Assembly: GCA_964016885.1 (NCBI GenBank)
Contig: OZ024741.1
Location: 300,018,001-300,082,000, forward strand
Reading direction: 5' to 3'
DNA length: 64,000 nucleotides
Source of the DNA: Eledone cirrhosa
Taxonomy: Eukaryota
Positions 13,184 through 26,025 of the stretch are shown in pieces. Positions within the stretch are counted from its first letter, which is position 1, and each line of letters starts with the position of its first letter. The notes under the pieces were generated by a model, which saw nothing but the letters and a program-made list of their open reading frames with translations, was not told where the DNA came from and did no database searches. The position numbers were made by a program, and so were the translations under genes.

Positions 13184-13580
13184 TACGAACTGGCGCGAAA
13201 TTTACTAGACTTATTCACGTGACAGTCATAACCGATCAAATTACATTTGTAAAAAAAAACTATATTGAGTCACTTTTTTAAGTGAAAAGAACTTTGAAAC
13301 ACGAACTGGCGCGAAAGTTGATGAGCTTATTCACGTGACTGCATCAACCAACCAAATTTCACTCATATATGAAAAAACAATCTGAGCCACGCCCCCTTTT
13401 TTTTTTTAAAGGCAAAGATAATAAGAACTTCGTAACGCGAACTGGCGCGAAATTTATACTTATTCACGGGACAGTCATCAACCAACCAAATTACTTTTCT
13501 AAAACACCTAACATTTCGAGCCACTGTTTTTCACATAAAAGAGAAGTAACATTCGAACACCAACCAGTTGCGAGAAAAAC
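13184..13580 (+). repeat. Three to four ~115-135-bp tandem units in the pLTR
   Basis: tggcgcgaaa at 13191, 13307 and 13443, each followed by ttattcacg(t/g)gac and gag(c/t)cac. Homologous to the units at 8494 and 8605. Confidence 0.85.
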
Positions 13581-13599
13581 CACAAATCCTCCATCTCAA

Positions 13600-13643
13600 T
13601 TCTACTTTTGAAAAGCATACGAATTTTGAAACCGGTAAAGGAA
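13600..13643 (+). ncRNA. Minimal HHR variant (UUGAAAA core), stem II decayed
   Basis: ttc-ta-ctt TTGAAAA gcatacgaatttt GAAA ccgg TA^ aag-gaa, at the position homologous to 8786-8822. Confidence 0.55.
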
Positions 13644-13753
13644 ACAAATAAATATTCTTAAAAACACTCCAGTTGCAATTTCGATTTCGTCTTTTTTCCT
13701 ACTCATGTAGGACATTTCGTTTTTTTTTTTTCATTTGAAAAAAAACGTCATTT

Positions 13754-13931
<178 letters not shown>

Positions 13932-15630
13932 GAACGAAGAAGAAAATGTTTCAAAAAACATTGCAACCGGAGGAAGACAGGAAGACAATACTTTGGTTCG
14001 TTGAAACGTTCCCTGGCAAAGAACGAAAAACAAACGGAGATAATACGTTATTATTTGGACCGGTGAAAACGATTACGCGCAAAGACAGAACCACGTTTAT
14101 GGTATAAATGAAGTCGTAGACTAATATTCTATTAGGTGGTTCATAGAGACGTTCTCTGGCAAAGAACGGAAAAAAACAAAGATAATACGTCATATGTGGA
14201 ACGTGAGAACAATTGCACGCAAAGACAAAACCACGTAAATGGTATAGCTGAAGTCGTAGACTAAAATTCTAACTATGAAACCGAATGATTCTCGGCTTCA
14301 GAGTAAGTAAAGTAAATAGAATACAGATGTAATTGAAATTAAATAAATACATACACGCATCCAGATACGTACATACACAAGCATACGCGAAAAAACTCGC
14401 CATATGTATACAAATACAAGCACGTACACAAAAAAACCCGCACGCACTTGCAGAACACAGGCAACGCCTGTACCCGCGCACATACGAACGTATACAACAA
14501 ATACACATAAAATATATATATAAAAAAATATACATATGTGTGTGTGTGTACGTGTATACATATAATTAAATAAACGTATATAAATAAATAAATACGTATA
14601 TAACGCGCGCACACACATAGCAACATGTGTTCATATGTTCGCAGACGTACGTCGACCAAACACAAAGTACACATATACACACACCCTACATACATACGAA
14701 CCCGCATACTCACACAGACGCAAAACTCGCGTATACACATAACCAAATGCACATATACCAGAATATGTAATATATAGGCCATAACATATACAGGCAAATA
14801 TACGTACGAGAAAGAATACGTACCTTCACAAAACATACAGGTAATATATACTTACCTATACACATAAGTAATGGTATAAACATAACATATACTTAGCTAC
14901 CACATCAAGACGTAAAATATCCGCGTATAGTTCGTACTATCCATTAGGGTATAATGTGGGGCTGTAACACAGGAAAGCTTTATGTAATTTATGTCTACAA
15001 GCCAAAATTGCCTCCGATTTTTTGTTTAAGATGTGGTCTTTGGCGTAGAGTATTTCCAGGGCCTCGGCGGCGCAGATATCACATGGTCTTTATTTCCGTT
15101 ATACGATATAGCCCAGGATATAGCTAGGATCTCCCAGTGTAACTTATATTGGGTGTGGTTGTCTTTTAGACGTCAGATATAAGCTGAAAGTGACATCATA
15201 TTCCTTCTTAAAGGGTTAAGAAAAGAATGGGTATGCATGAAAAGACGCTGCTAGAATCTATTGGCCGTTAACCCTATGTAGGCCCTACAGGACGTGGATG
15301 TTCAAACCTTACATTTGTAAACAATGTTACTAGAGAGGCATTTCCCGGATAGGGGGCAGTCAACCCGGTTCCTACAATTACAGTTAGTACTAGATACAGG
15401 GTTGCACGGGCTCTTACGGCTAGGTAGTTTCGCTACATTTGAAGCTGTGATGTTATGTGCACAGTTAGGAAAAGTAGAGTAAGAAATATTAATGGTATTT
15501 ATATTAAAATAATGATGTATTATATTCGTTTTTTTCCGTTCTTTGCCAGGGAACGTTTCCACGAACGAAAGTATTGTATTCCTGTCTTCCTCCGGTTGCA
15601 ACGCTTTTTGAAATATTTACTTCTGCGTTC

Positions 15631-15705
15631 ACAGATTGACTTTTTTAGTTTCAGAAGATCCCGTTAAGGGTGAAAGCAGCGATTTTTGCTTAAACTTTAA
15701 TTTGT
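15631..15705 (+). ncRNA. Extended type I HHR-like motif with CAGAAGA core (copy B)
   Basis: Same fold as copy A; the aatttgt change keeps the outer stem paired via G.U. Confidence 0.7.
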
Positions 15706-15803
15706 TATTTTAATAAATATTTGCTCTACGGTTCCTATATTTTTTATATATATTTCTCCTTATCGAGCCCTCTTTGGATTTTAGTCTTCAAATGTATTAT
15801 TAT

Positions 15804-15954
<151 letters not shown>

Positions 15955-18900
15955 CATAATAACATATATATTTATTTTCGTTAAGTATAAAGAGTGAGTT
16001 TTGTTACTCCGGCGTTTGGCCTGTTAACAACAAGATCTGACGATCCTATTATATATAGAATGAATATTTAAACTCTACTTCGCTATTGAGTACTCTCTTC
16101 TCTCACCCTTCACTACATTTGATTAGGAAATATTTCTGTTGTAGAAATCACCTAAGATGGATTGCGCTGTAGATCCATTTCACATATGAAGCGATATGGA
16201 TATATTTATGGATTGCACAGTTTGGAGCTTTTTGAATGCTATATCGGAAAATTCAAAACAATTTTACTACAACATTTGTTGATTGTAGGCAGGTTGCATG
16301 TTTTAGCCATTTTCGTCTGATACATGCTGGAGACGTTTCTACAGTTTATAGGATCCTAAATGAAAAGGAAATGAGTCATAAATCTTTTTTACATATGTAA
16401 AAACAATGACATTCGTAGAAAGAAGTAAAATGGCATCACATTGATGCGTTGAGCGTTTTAGAATTTCGTTGAAAATTCAGCAACATAATGTGTCAACAAT
16501 AAGGTTCAGTGCATGGTTCAATGCAAGGTTCTAATGCAAGGTTCATTGTATTGACGGTTCAGTACTGGTTTTGGTTGCGAGAGGTAAATACGTTGTATTT
16601 GGTCACAATACATCGCTTGATAAAAAGGTATGGAATCATTGTCTTGTGTTTTGCTTTTCATTATCTGAATGGATTCCAGAAATATAAGAACACAAAGGCT
16701 CGTTAAAATAAAACTAATTGATTGAGTTTGCTTTACATCTTTCTATTTTCTTATTCACATAGAATAAGAAAATAGAAACCAGAAAGGCCATTTAGCAGCT
16801 TGACGATAAGCCCGAGTGTGAGTTACTTCGGACTCAGCTACTCCCCAAACAACAATAGTTGTCTGTTGCTTTTGTTTTTGTTTTTGTCTTCTACTATCAC
16901 GTCGAGCCCGGGGAGATAATTTCTGTTGCCGTAAATGACACAAGCCAGAAGATTGGGGAAGGATAGAGTATAGCAAATACCCCTACATCGGAAGAAAGAT
17001 ATCCGCACTTCAATCGAGAAATTGTATAAGGAGTAACAAGGACTGAAAAAAGAAACAAATGAAGGAAAACTTACAAAGCAATTGCAAAGTGAGATTTGGA
17101 AATGAGGTCTCGGGGAAATGTTTGACTTTACAAGCCAAGACATTCACGAATACAATGATGTCCAATCTGATGATACCCACCTCATTGAGACACAGCAGTA
17201 ACATCGGATGACTTCACTTATGGCTGGTATTGAAACAGAACTTTTGAGTCCGTCCAGAAGAAGGAAAAGAAGATTCATAATATGAAAACAAAAAGAAAAA
17301 GCAGCAGGCTTTTTTTATTTTCATAATCCAGCTCAGCTATTAGTTATTTTTCAATGCATATTTGTTGTTGTTGATGGCAATGGAGGCTTTGTTGTTGATG
17401 TTTGAGGTAGTGCTAACGACAGTGGTGCAGGTTACAATGTTATTTTTAAACATTAGACACGAGTTTGAAACGTTGTCATGACACATTTTTCTAGTGCAAA
17501 ACGTTTTCGTTTTTTGCTACTTTAGTTGGACATCAACGGGGAGTAACTTACATCTTTGTTTTAAACTTTAGGGGGTAATTTGGGAATAAAATTAGAATTA
17601 TTTTGAACAAAGGCCCAAATATTATGGGCTTGCCTTTCATGTGGACAATTATGATGTCATATTCAAAATGTATATCAAAGGACTTCAAATCAAGTGAAAA
17701 AAAACAACAAACGTAATGTTGGTGACTAGTACGTATGTAGCAAAGCAAATACAAATAATATATATTTGAGGGATGGTGTAAAAGATAAGAGTGGACATAA
17801 GAAGTGTATTTATAGAACCGTTTTTTCTTTAATTAGAAACAAAAACAAATGTATATGATACATCAAGTAGATTTAAGGTTCATATTAATTTACTTTAACA
17901 AAATGGGTCCTCGTGATTTCATAGTTATTTGAAACACGTTCTTATATATATTGTTTTAAGTTCGGGTGGTTAGTTAGAAGTAGAAATCAAAAGATCTGAG
18001 TTCAACTGAATGTTAGTCAATGTGTTATATTCAAATGAAAATAAAGATACAAATGCAGATAATGGGAAATGGTCTCATCGTGTGTGTTTGTCTGTGATCT
18101 CTGTGAAGACACCACACTCACTAACAGTGAAAGCAATGCCCATGCTCATTACGATGATGGATTGATTACTAAGATCACGTTGAACGTATGCATGAAACGA
18201 TCAATAAAAGCTAGAATGCTTAAATGTTCATAGTAACATTGAATGATAGTATTATTATTTTCAATTTCTTATTTTCTTTTGCTTTTTCAAATTTAATAAA
18301 CTACATGTGTCCCAAAAGCTTCACCGTGAGACGCAGATTTTGAAAATCAAATCCCCTACGGGGATTAACCATTTTCTCTGTTTGTACCTGTAGGTCGTCA
18401 TGTACTATCTAATGGCGAACAATAATACTCTTAATCGTGGCTTGTTTCAGTTAATAAACTGCGCTGCATTGTGGATTATTTGTTGCTGTGTAATTGGATC
18501 TGCGCGTTCATAGAAGGGGATTATTGTAAAATTAAGTATGTTCAATCACACACTCACACACACACGTACGTACACACACACACGCACACATACGCACACA
18601 CACACGCACACATACGCACACACACACACATATACACACACACATATATATATTTTTAGATTAACAATAGTCTATAGAAAGAAATTGTTTACGTGTGGAT
18701 AAAAGGAGGCACTTAGTAATTGTAATTATATTAATATTAAATATTTTCTACTTTGTTTTTCAAACATTTGCAAGTGTTCTTTCCATCAAGTGTGTTGTGG
18801 AAATAATTATTAATAAATGAGAAAAGGTATGGTAGTACTAGATTTGTATTGGTTATGCAATGTAGTATTTGAAAGTTAAAGATCCTTCAAATTATTCAGC

Positions 18901-20289
18901 TTACAAAACAATACACAATTGTATTAAACATTTCATTCAATCGTAATGGCACTACAATAACTAATTTACAGAATCTTTCATAAGGTCAAGCATTTGTAAT
19001 TCATACACAATGAATAAAATACAATCTGACAATATCTCATTAATTCACTTCCACACTATCCTATATTATATGGATATGAATTTATATGTCTCTCTTTTAA
19101 ATAACCGTGGATACTACGCCCACTTTTTAATTATAGGTCAATGAACTATCCTATGCAAAACAATTCTAAACTGCAATAACATCAAACTTATCGATATAAC
19201 CCAATATACGCAGGTATAAATAATAAATATATTATTATTTTATTTTATTACTATGATCAAATTCAATCAAATTCATTTTTAGCAAATACAGTCACTACTC
19301 ATCCATAAACGTGCATATACAGATGCATAGATACAACTGCACAACATGTATAAACATATTCAGCACGGCACTCTTGAGACTTAAATTTACCACGCAGAAA
19401 CAATTTTCTACCAAAATATTCCAGTACCAAAATGGTCATCATACTTGAAAATACTTATAAAAAAAAATGATTCTTTCACATTGGTGAGCCCTCTTTTTCG
19501 ACCACCGGGATACAACTGATAAACACCAGGAAACGCTTTGATTTAAAATTCATATAATTCCCCAGGAAAACCGAGCATTTTTATCATTCGATAAGAATGT
19601 ACATGAACTCATAGAGAGTAATAAAATTAGAAAGAGAAGCAATCCTTAACAGGGTTTAAGCAAGGAATCCGATAGATAAAGGCTTTTAATGTGAGCATAT
19701 CCACTCCGATAAATCCAGTAAATCATGAGGTGTACATACCATCATTGCTATCTAAATTCTGTTACCAATGATTATTGAAAAACTGTAATGTCTCAATTCC
19801 AACAACAAAAGGCCTTCAATAGAGTGATGATTTTTCTTTATATACTTCCACGCTGTACAAAATACGTTCATATCCATGTCTTCCGTTTCTTTACCAACAT
19901 CAATAGTTGGTAATCGATAATTGATTATTTAGATCGATTGTTCGCTTCGGTTCTTTGGACTATGAAATAACGTTTAAAGTACGTGTATTTTCCTGAATAT
20001 TTTATGCTTTGTATATGTGTACGAAGTTGTATGAGTTTCCCAAACGATGTATTACTCTTTCTCTCTCTACATATATCTTTTAACTTGAATGTTATACTCA
20101 TATATATATATAAATACATAATCGGAGAAAGCTAATAACGATACTCCGGCCAAATTCCAACTCACTCAACAAACATTAGGAAATACCTGAGTATATTCCT
20201 AATTAAAGGTTTGGGGTGCTAACTATATTGTATTGTGTGAAAAATTGGCTGTATCATTTCATGAGATATATGAAATATATCATTTCTCA

Positions 20290-20370
20290 GACGACTCGTT
20301 TCATTATAAGAGTTCTACAAGTTGGGTGAAATTATATCAAATTATGTAGAAGCTTGTATAAGATCAACAG
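20290..20370 (-). ncRNA. Degenerate HHR-like motif
   Basis: CTGTTGA tc-ttata..ttctaca..tgtagaa..tataa-t GAAA cg-agt-cg TC. Long stem II and a stem III are visible, but stem I is not paired. Confidence 0.4.
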
Positions 20371-23300
20371 ATACTTATTCAAGTGGGCTCTTATAATTCT
20401 TCAGTGGGTGCCCAATAATATTAATATTGATAACCAAATCAACATCAATATTTAGCGATAATCACCATCAGTGCTTGAGGGAGCTGCTACGTTGTTAGTC
20501 CTGCAGTTCTAAAGAAAATCTCACACTGTCCCGAAAATGGGAGGGAGGAGAGTACCGCCACAAAGAATACATGCGCAGGTCGTTGAACTCTGACAAGAAT
20601 TCAAGCCACGTGTTAAGAACTCAAGTGGATATGAAAAGATAACCATATGTGCGCATCGCTTAATGACATATATAGATATTTTCTCTCTCTCTATATATAT
20701 ATATCAAATGTAATACTATGTCATAAATATACCTGTGTCCTTAGTCATATTGATAATTGTGGCCATATAGAGATTGAATTGAGGATTTTATATACAATGA
20801 ACTAGCAACAAATGTATGCACACAATATATAGTTATATATTACTATATGTGTCGGACATGTGAATATCTTAATATTTAGTTAATTCTGCCAATAATATCA
20901 TCAAATTTATATAACGAACACTAAGCATGTACCAAGGCCAAATTAACTCAGATGCATAAGACGTCTTTGTAAAGGCAATGGTAAAGAATACGTGTCAATC
21001 TTTGTTTGATATAATTAGATTTAGGATTAAGAAAGGCAGCTTAATACAAATGAATACAATAATGGGCAATGATTGTGAATCACTTAATGCATTTCCTAAT
21101 AGAGTCAATACTGGAATATTCAGGCAGTTTACCTAGTGCAAACGACCTATGACAGAAATCAAACCGCACCAATCAGTTAATTTGAATTTATTACTAAAAG
21201 TTTATAAAATTTAACGTGCACAGAAACAGAATCAGATCAGCTATCTAATCGATATTTCGTAGTTTTATTATATGAATACTTGATTTACATTTCACAAATT
21301 ATGATCCACCGACGCTTAAAGCTCTATTTTATATGTTAATGTATTGCTTAGATCCTGAGTAGAATTCATATTCCTGTAAAGTATATTATTACATACTTTA
21401 ACAGAATTGTAGCTCTCATTGCACTTACGGTGTAAATTCTTTACAACATGCACAACGCATCATCAAGTGTACGAAATGAGAAGAGGGCTCAGAATCATGA
21501 TATCGTATGTTTAATTCAACTTTATTCACACTCTAAATATTGCGATCTACGATATTATCCCTCCTCTACAGAGATTATATTATTCAGCTATAATATATTA
21601 TTAATCTTTTACAATTCATCTACAATGAACATGAATATACTGATCATCCCCACGGGGCATTTTACCTACTACACTTGAAGGGAGCTTATAGCCCAAAATC
21701 AAGAATTAGTATATGGTTTATTGGGATAGAAGTATTATCTAAGCGTTTTCGGAAACAGTTCCTGCTTTCTTATGTAACATGATTTATGCCCCCACCCAAC
21801 AATAAAGTTTTCTCCTCTATAACGTACAGTGACAAAGTCTTTTAGCTGGAACTTTTCAGGTAAATATACACACATAATTTCATGCGCTCATGCACACGAA
21901 TAACACCCACACATGCACATACATACATAAACGAGGTCAGCCTGCATCACCAGACAAAATATATTTCTTAATAGATACGCTCACACATTTCACATGTTAA
22001 ATTGCCTACATTAATATTCAAACGAAATTTATTTTTTTATCACCGTGGAACTTTTCTAAATTATTTAACTTATTTTTCTCTTAATTCCCCGAAGGAGAGT
22101 AACTTTTTAATTACAAAAGTTTCCATATCCAAACGGAATTCATATTACATCAACATTAACATTATGATAAATAACAAATTAAACATTAATATTTCTCTTC
22201 GTACTTCTACAGACTATTTGCCGTGGTATATACACCTAAGTGTTTGAAGACTGTTTTGCAGTAACGTTGTATTCCTGCGCATTCACTTAATAATCCTGAC
22301 TTCCAAAACTAGTATTCAAGTTTCCATACATTCTTTGTGTTGTTTTCGTAACAAAGGACGCCAAATCTATTTCCATGATTATGCAAGAAGCATTTATTTA
22401 TTTTCTATTGATGGTATTGTAAAACCTTGAATAGTATATCTTGCTCGTCTTAAATGTATACTGTATTGGATGGTCTTGTAACGCTAGACGTTGTTATATG
22501 ACAGATAAGAAAAACAGGGCCACCATTGTATCTGAAAGAAATTAATTTCCAATGTAATTCGAAAGCGACTGATAGACCTGTTACGGCAGAAGTTCAAAAT
22601 TTGTGTCGATGAATTTCTAATTTCCGGAAACAAATGTTGTTAATTTTATGTATGCACGTCGTTCTCACCCTCTTTACGAAATACATTACGAACACTGTGT
22701 TTTTTACCTAACGTTAGGTCAAATAACAGTTATATATAAACATGTTTAGACAATAAACTCATGTATGCGTGTTATTGTTTCATCTCGGAATGGCGGTCAG
22801 CGTAGACGTAATATTTATGTGACTTTATGAAAATTCTAATACATTCGTCACTAATTCATATATATATATGTTAATAGAGCGTCTGTCTTAGCGGAGTAAA
22901 CCTCTGGACCCTCTTTACCCTGAAGGATCACAAATCCAATTCGCCGAACAAACCCTCTATTCGGCTTATTAACCCAACGAAGACCGATTTAGGTAGACTT
23001 TGTAAAAGGATTTTAGATAGAATTATACCTGAAATTTGAAGTTTGGCCCATCTTGCAATGTGGAACAATTCTTTCGCGGTGATTGATTGGTTCAACGCAT
23101 ATGCAACAAGGAACATTGCTGTTTTATCCAACTCGACATCAATAATTACTACTTCTCCATCACTTTACCACTTCTTCTTAGAGCTATCAATTTCGCACAG
23201 TGGTTAAGGATTTCGAAGTTGATGTCATCCTCAATGCCCGTAAGTCGGTGATTAATTTCGACGAATCTATTTGGATTAAAAGATCTAATAGTACCCCATT

Positions 23301-25207
23301 CGACGTGAGTATGGGCCCCAGTGATTCCGCAGAGGTTACTGTTCTTATCGGCCTTTTCCTTCTTTTCTCTATCAAGGAAGAATTCCCCAACGTGGGCGGT
23401 GGTTTGTACCGTGAGAACGGTCTTTTGACCATGACTAAGTGCGGCCCATGTGCTTGCGACCGGTTCAGAAAAAAACTCACAGCCTTCTTTAAAGGCTTGA
23501 ACCTCTCCATACAGGTTGAGGCCAACCTCTCGGTCGTTAATTACCTCGACGTTACCCTTAATTTGTCGAATGGATTGCACTACCCGTATAGAAAGCCGAA
23601 TGATACGCTTAATTACATAAGTAAGCATTCTAACCATCCTGCCAGAATAACCAGGAACCTGGTAAGAAACGTTTCTTTGAGGCTTACCCGTCTATCTACA
23701 AACGAGCATATTTTCACCGACCATTGCACATATTACAATGAATCTCTTGCTCCGAGTGGATTTGTCGATAAGGTAGTATATACAGAGTACGAGAATAGAC
23801 CTAGGAAAAATAGATCCCGCTGCATTATATGGTATAACCCACCATATAATTTGGAGGTGGCCACACAATTAGCTAAGATCTTTCTCTCCCTTATTATGAA
23901 GCATTTCCCCCAGCACATAAATATAGCAACGTTTTTAATAGAAATACTATTAAAATGTCTACTCTACGACTCCTAACCTTGCACATAACATCACAGCTTC
24001 AAATTTAGCCAAATTACCTAGCTGTAGGAACACGTGCAACCCTGTAGCTAGTACTAACTTTAATTGTAGGAATCGGGTTGACTGCCCCCTATCCGGGAAA
24101 TGCCTCTCTAGTAACATTGTCTACAAATGTAAGGTTGAAACACCCGCGTCCCGTAGGGCCTACATGGTGAAAACCGCCAATATATTCAAGCAGCGTCTTT
24201 ACATGCATACCATTTACATGAATACCTTCAAGCAGCGTCTTTACATGCATACCTTTTCTTAACCCTTTAAGAAGGAATATGAAGTCACTTTCAGCTTATA
24301 TCTGGAGTCTAGAAGACAACCACACTCAATATAAGTTACACTGGAAGATCCTAGCTAGGGCTAGATCGTATAACAGAAATAAATGACCATGTGACCCCTG
24401 CGCCGCTGAGGCCCTGGAAATACTCTACGCCAAACACCATATCTTAAACAAAAGGTCTGAAGCAATTTCGGCTTGTAATCATAAATTGCACAACACTTTC
24501 CTGTATTACAGCCCCACATTATACACTAACGGATAGTACGAACTATACGCGGATATTTTACGTCTCGATGCTAAATATATGTTATGTTTATACCATTACT
24601 TATTTGTATAGGTAAGTATTTATTACATGTATGTTTTGTGAAGGTACGTATGCTTTCTCGTAAGTATATTTGCTTATATATGTTTCGGATTATATATCAT
24701 ATATACTGGTACATGGGCATTTGGTTATGTGTATACGTGAGTTTTGCGTCTGTGTGAGTATGCGTGTTCGTACGTATGTAGGGTTTGTCTATATGTGTAA
24801 TTTGTATTTTGGTTGACGTACGTCTGCGAACATATATGTATTTACATGTAGGTATGTGCGTGCGCGCGTTATATACGTATTTATGTGTGTATATTTATAT
24901 ACGTTTATTTAATTATATGTATACACGCAGACACACACACACACACATATATATATATTTTTTATATATATTCTATGTGTATTTGGTGTATATGTGCATA
25001 TGTGTGCGGGTACTAGCGTTGCGTGGGTTATGTATGTGCGTGTGTGTGTTTGTGTGTACGTGCTTGTATCTGCATACCCATGGCGAGTGTTTTCGTGTAT
25101 GTTTGTGTATGTACGTATATGGATGCGTATATTTAATTTCAATTACCTCTGTATTTTATTTACTTTATTCGTAACTCTGAACCCAAGAATCATTCGGTTT
25201 CCTAAAT

Positions 25208-25485
25208 AGAATTTTAGTCTACGACTTCAATTATACCATTTACGTGGTTTTGTCTTTGCGTGTAATTGTTCTCACACTGCACATAATGACGTATTATCTT
25301 CGTTTTTTTCCGTTCATTGCCAGAGAACGTCTCCATGAACCTAATAGAATATTAGTCTACGACTTCCGTTATACCATAAACGTGGTTTTGCCTTTGAGTG
25401 TAATTGTTTTCCACGCTCCAAATAATGACGTATTAACTTCGTTTTTTCCGTTCTTTACCAGGTAACGTTTCCACGAACCAAAGTA
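25208..25485 (+). repeat. Two ~140-bp tandem units in the Hydra-type pLTR
   Basis: agaa(t/a)ttagtctacgacttc at ~25208 and ~25346; the same duplication is at 14114/14254 and 61761/61901. Confidence 0.85.
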
Positions 25486-25542
25486 TCGACTTCCTCTCTT
25501 CATTCAGTTGCAACGTTTTTTGAAATATTTACTTTCGCATTC

Positions 25543-25619
25543 ACAGATTGACTTTTTTAAGTTTCAGAAGATCCCGTTAAGGGTGAAAGCAGCGATTCTT
25601 TGCTTAAACTTTAATCTGT
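25543..25619 (+). ncRNA. Extended type I HHR-like motif with CAGAAGA core (copy C)
   Basis: acagatt-gactttttt-aagttt CAGAAGA t-ccc-gttaa-ggg-t GAAA gca-gcgattctt-tgc TT^ aaactt-t-aatctgt. Confidence 0.7.
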
Positions 25620-25729
25620 TATTTTAATAAATATTTACTCTACGGTTCTTATATATTTGATATATATTTATCCTTATCAAGCCCTCTTTCGATTTTAGTC
25701 TTCAAATTTATTATTATTACTATATATAC

Positions 25730-25775
<46 letters not shown>

Positions 25776-25776
<1 letters not shown>

Positions 25777-25987
25777 AATGAAGGAATTGTGGTAATGAAC
25801 CAGGTGGACCATCACGTACTCGATACTATGGGTAGTAGAGTGGGTAATAGGAAAAGAATCAACACCCCGACGGCTGAGCTTCGGCCGTTTCGCCAGCTAG
25901 TTCTGTACTAACGCGTTAGTCCAGAACTAGCTGTCGAAACGGCCGGAGCTCGGTCGGAGCTCAGCCGTCGGGGTCCTGATTCTTTTC
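25776..25987. mobile_element. Fold-back repeat carrying two 3' half-hammerheads; same family as 36535-36672
   Basis: 25851-25987 is a palindrome centred on aacgcgtt (25910-25917); each arm reads GAAAC-ggc...gcc-GTC-gggg. Confidence 0.8.

Positions 25988-26019
<32 letters not shown>

Positions 26020-26025
<6 letters not shown>

Larger units (their letters stand above)
22870..25720 (+). mobile_element. 5'-truncated Hydra-type PLE: RT + CxCx5Cx5C linker + GIY-YIG + pLTR
   Basis: TLKDHK..RLINPTK, FDVSMGPSDSAE, GLYRENGL (decayed YRDD), NYLDVT, YISKHSNHP, IIWYNPPY, NCRNRVDCPLSGKC..NIVYKC; ORF ends near 24535. Starts and ends at (TA)n. Confidence 0.92.

Noticed and set aside
13184-13580. Regularly spaced short repeats as a CRISPR array
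   Set aside because: Eukaryotic context, the spacers are homologous to each other, and there are no cas genes; these are tandem pLTR units.
14230-14302. ctgaag...gaaac hairpins in the Hydra pLTR 140-bp repeat region as a second HHR
   Set aside because: The core lacks A9 and there is no stem I; it is a simple hairpin.
16030-16085. CTGACGA-hairpin-GAAT motif
   Set aside because: GAAA is mutated and stems I/III are unpaired; not supportable.
16750-17280. Higher-complexity block, possibly an exon or DNA-transposon relic (similarly 19400-19920 and 27460-28070)
   Set aside because: Frames are interrupted by stops and no recognisable domain or splice-consistent exon chain was found; needs BLASTX or RNA-seq.
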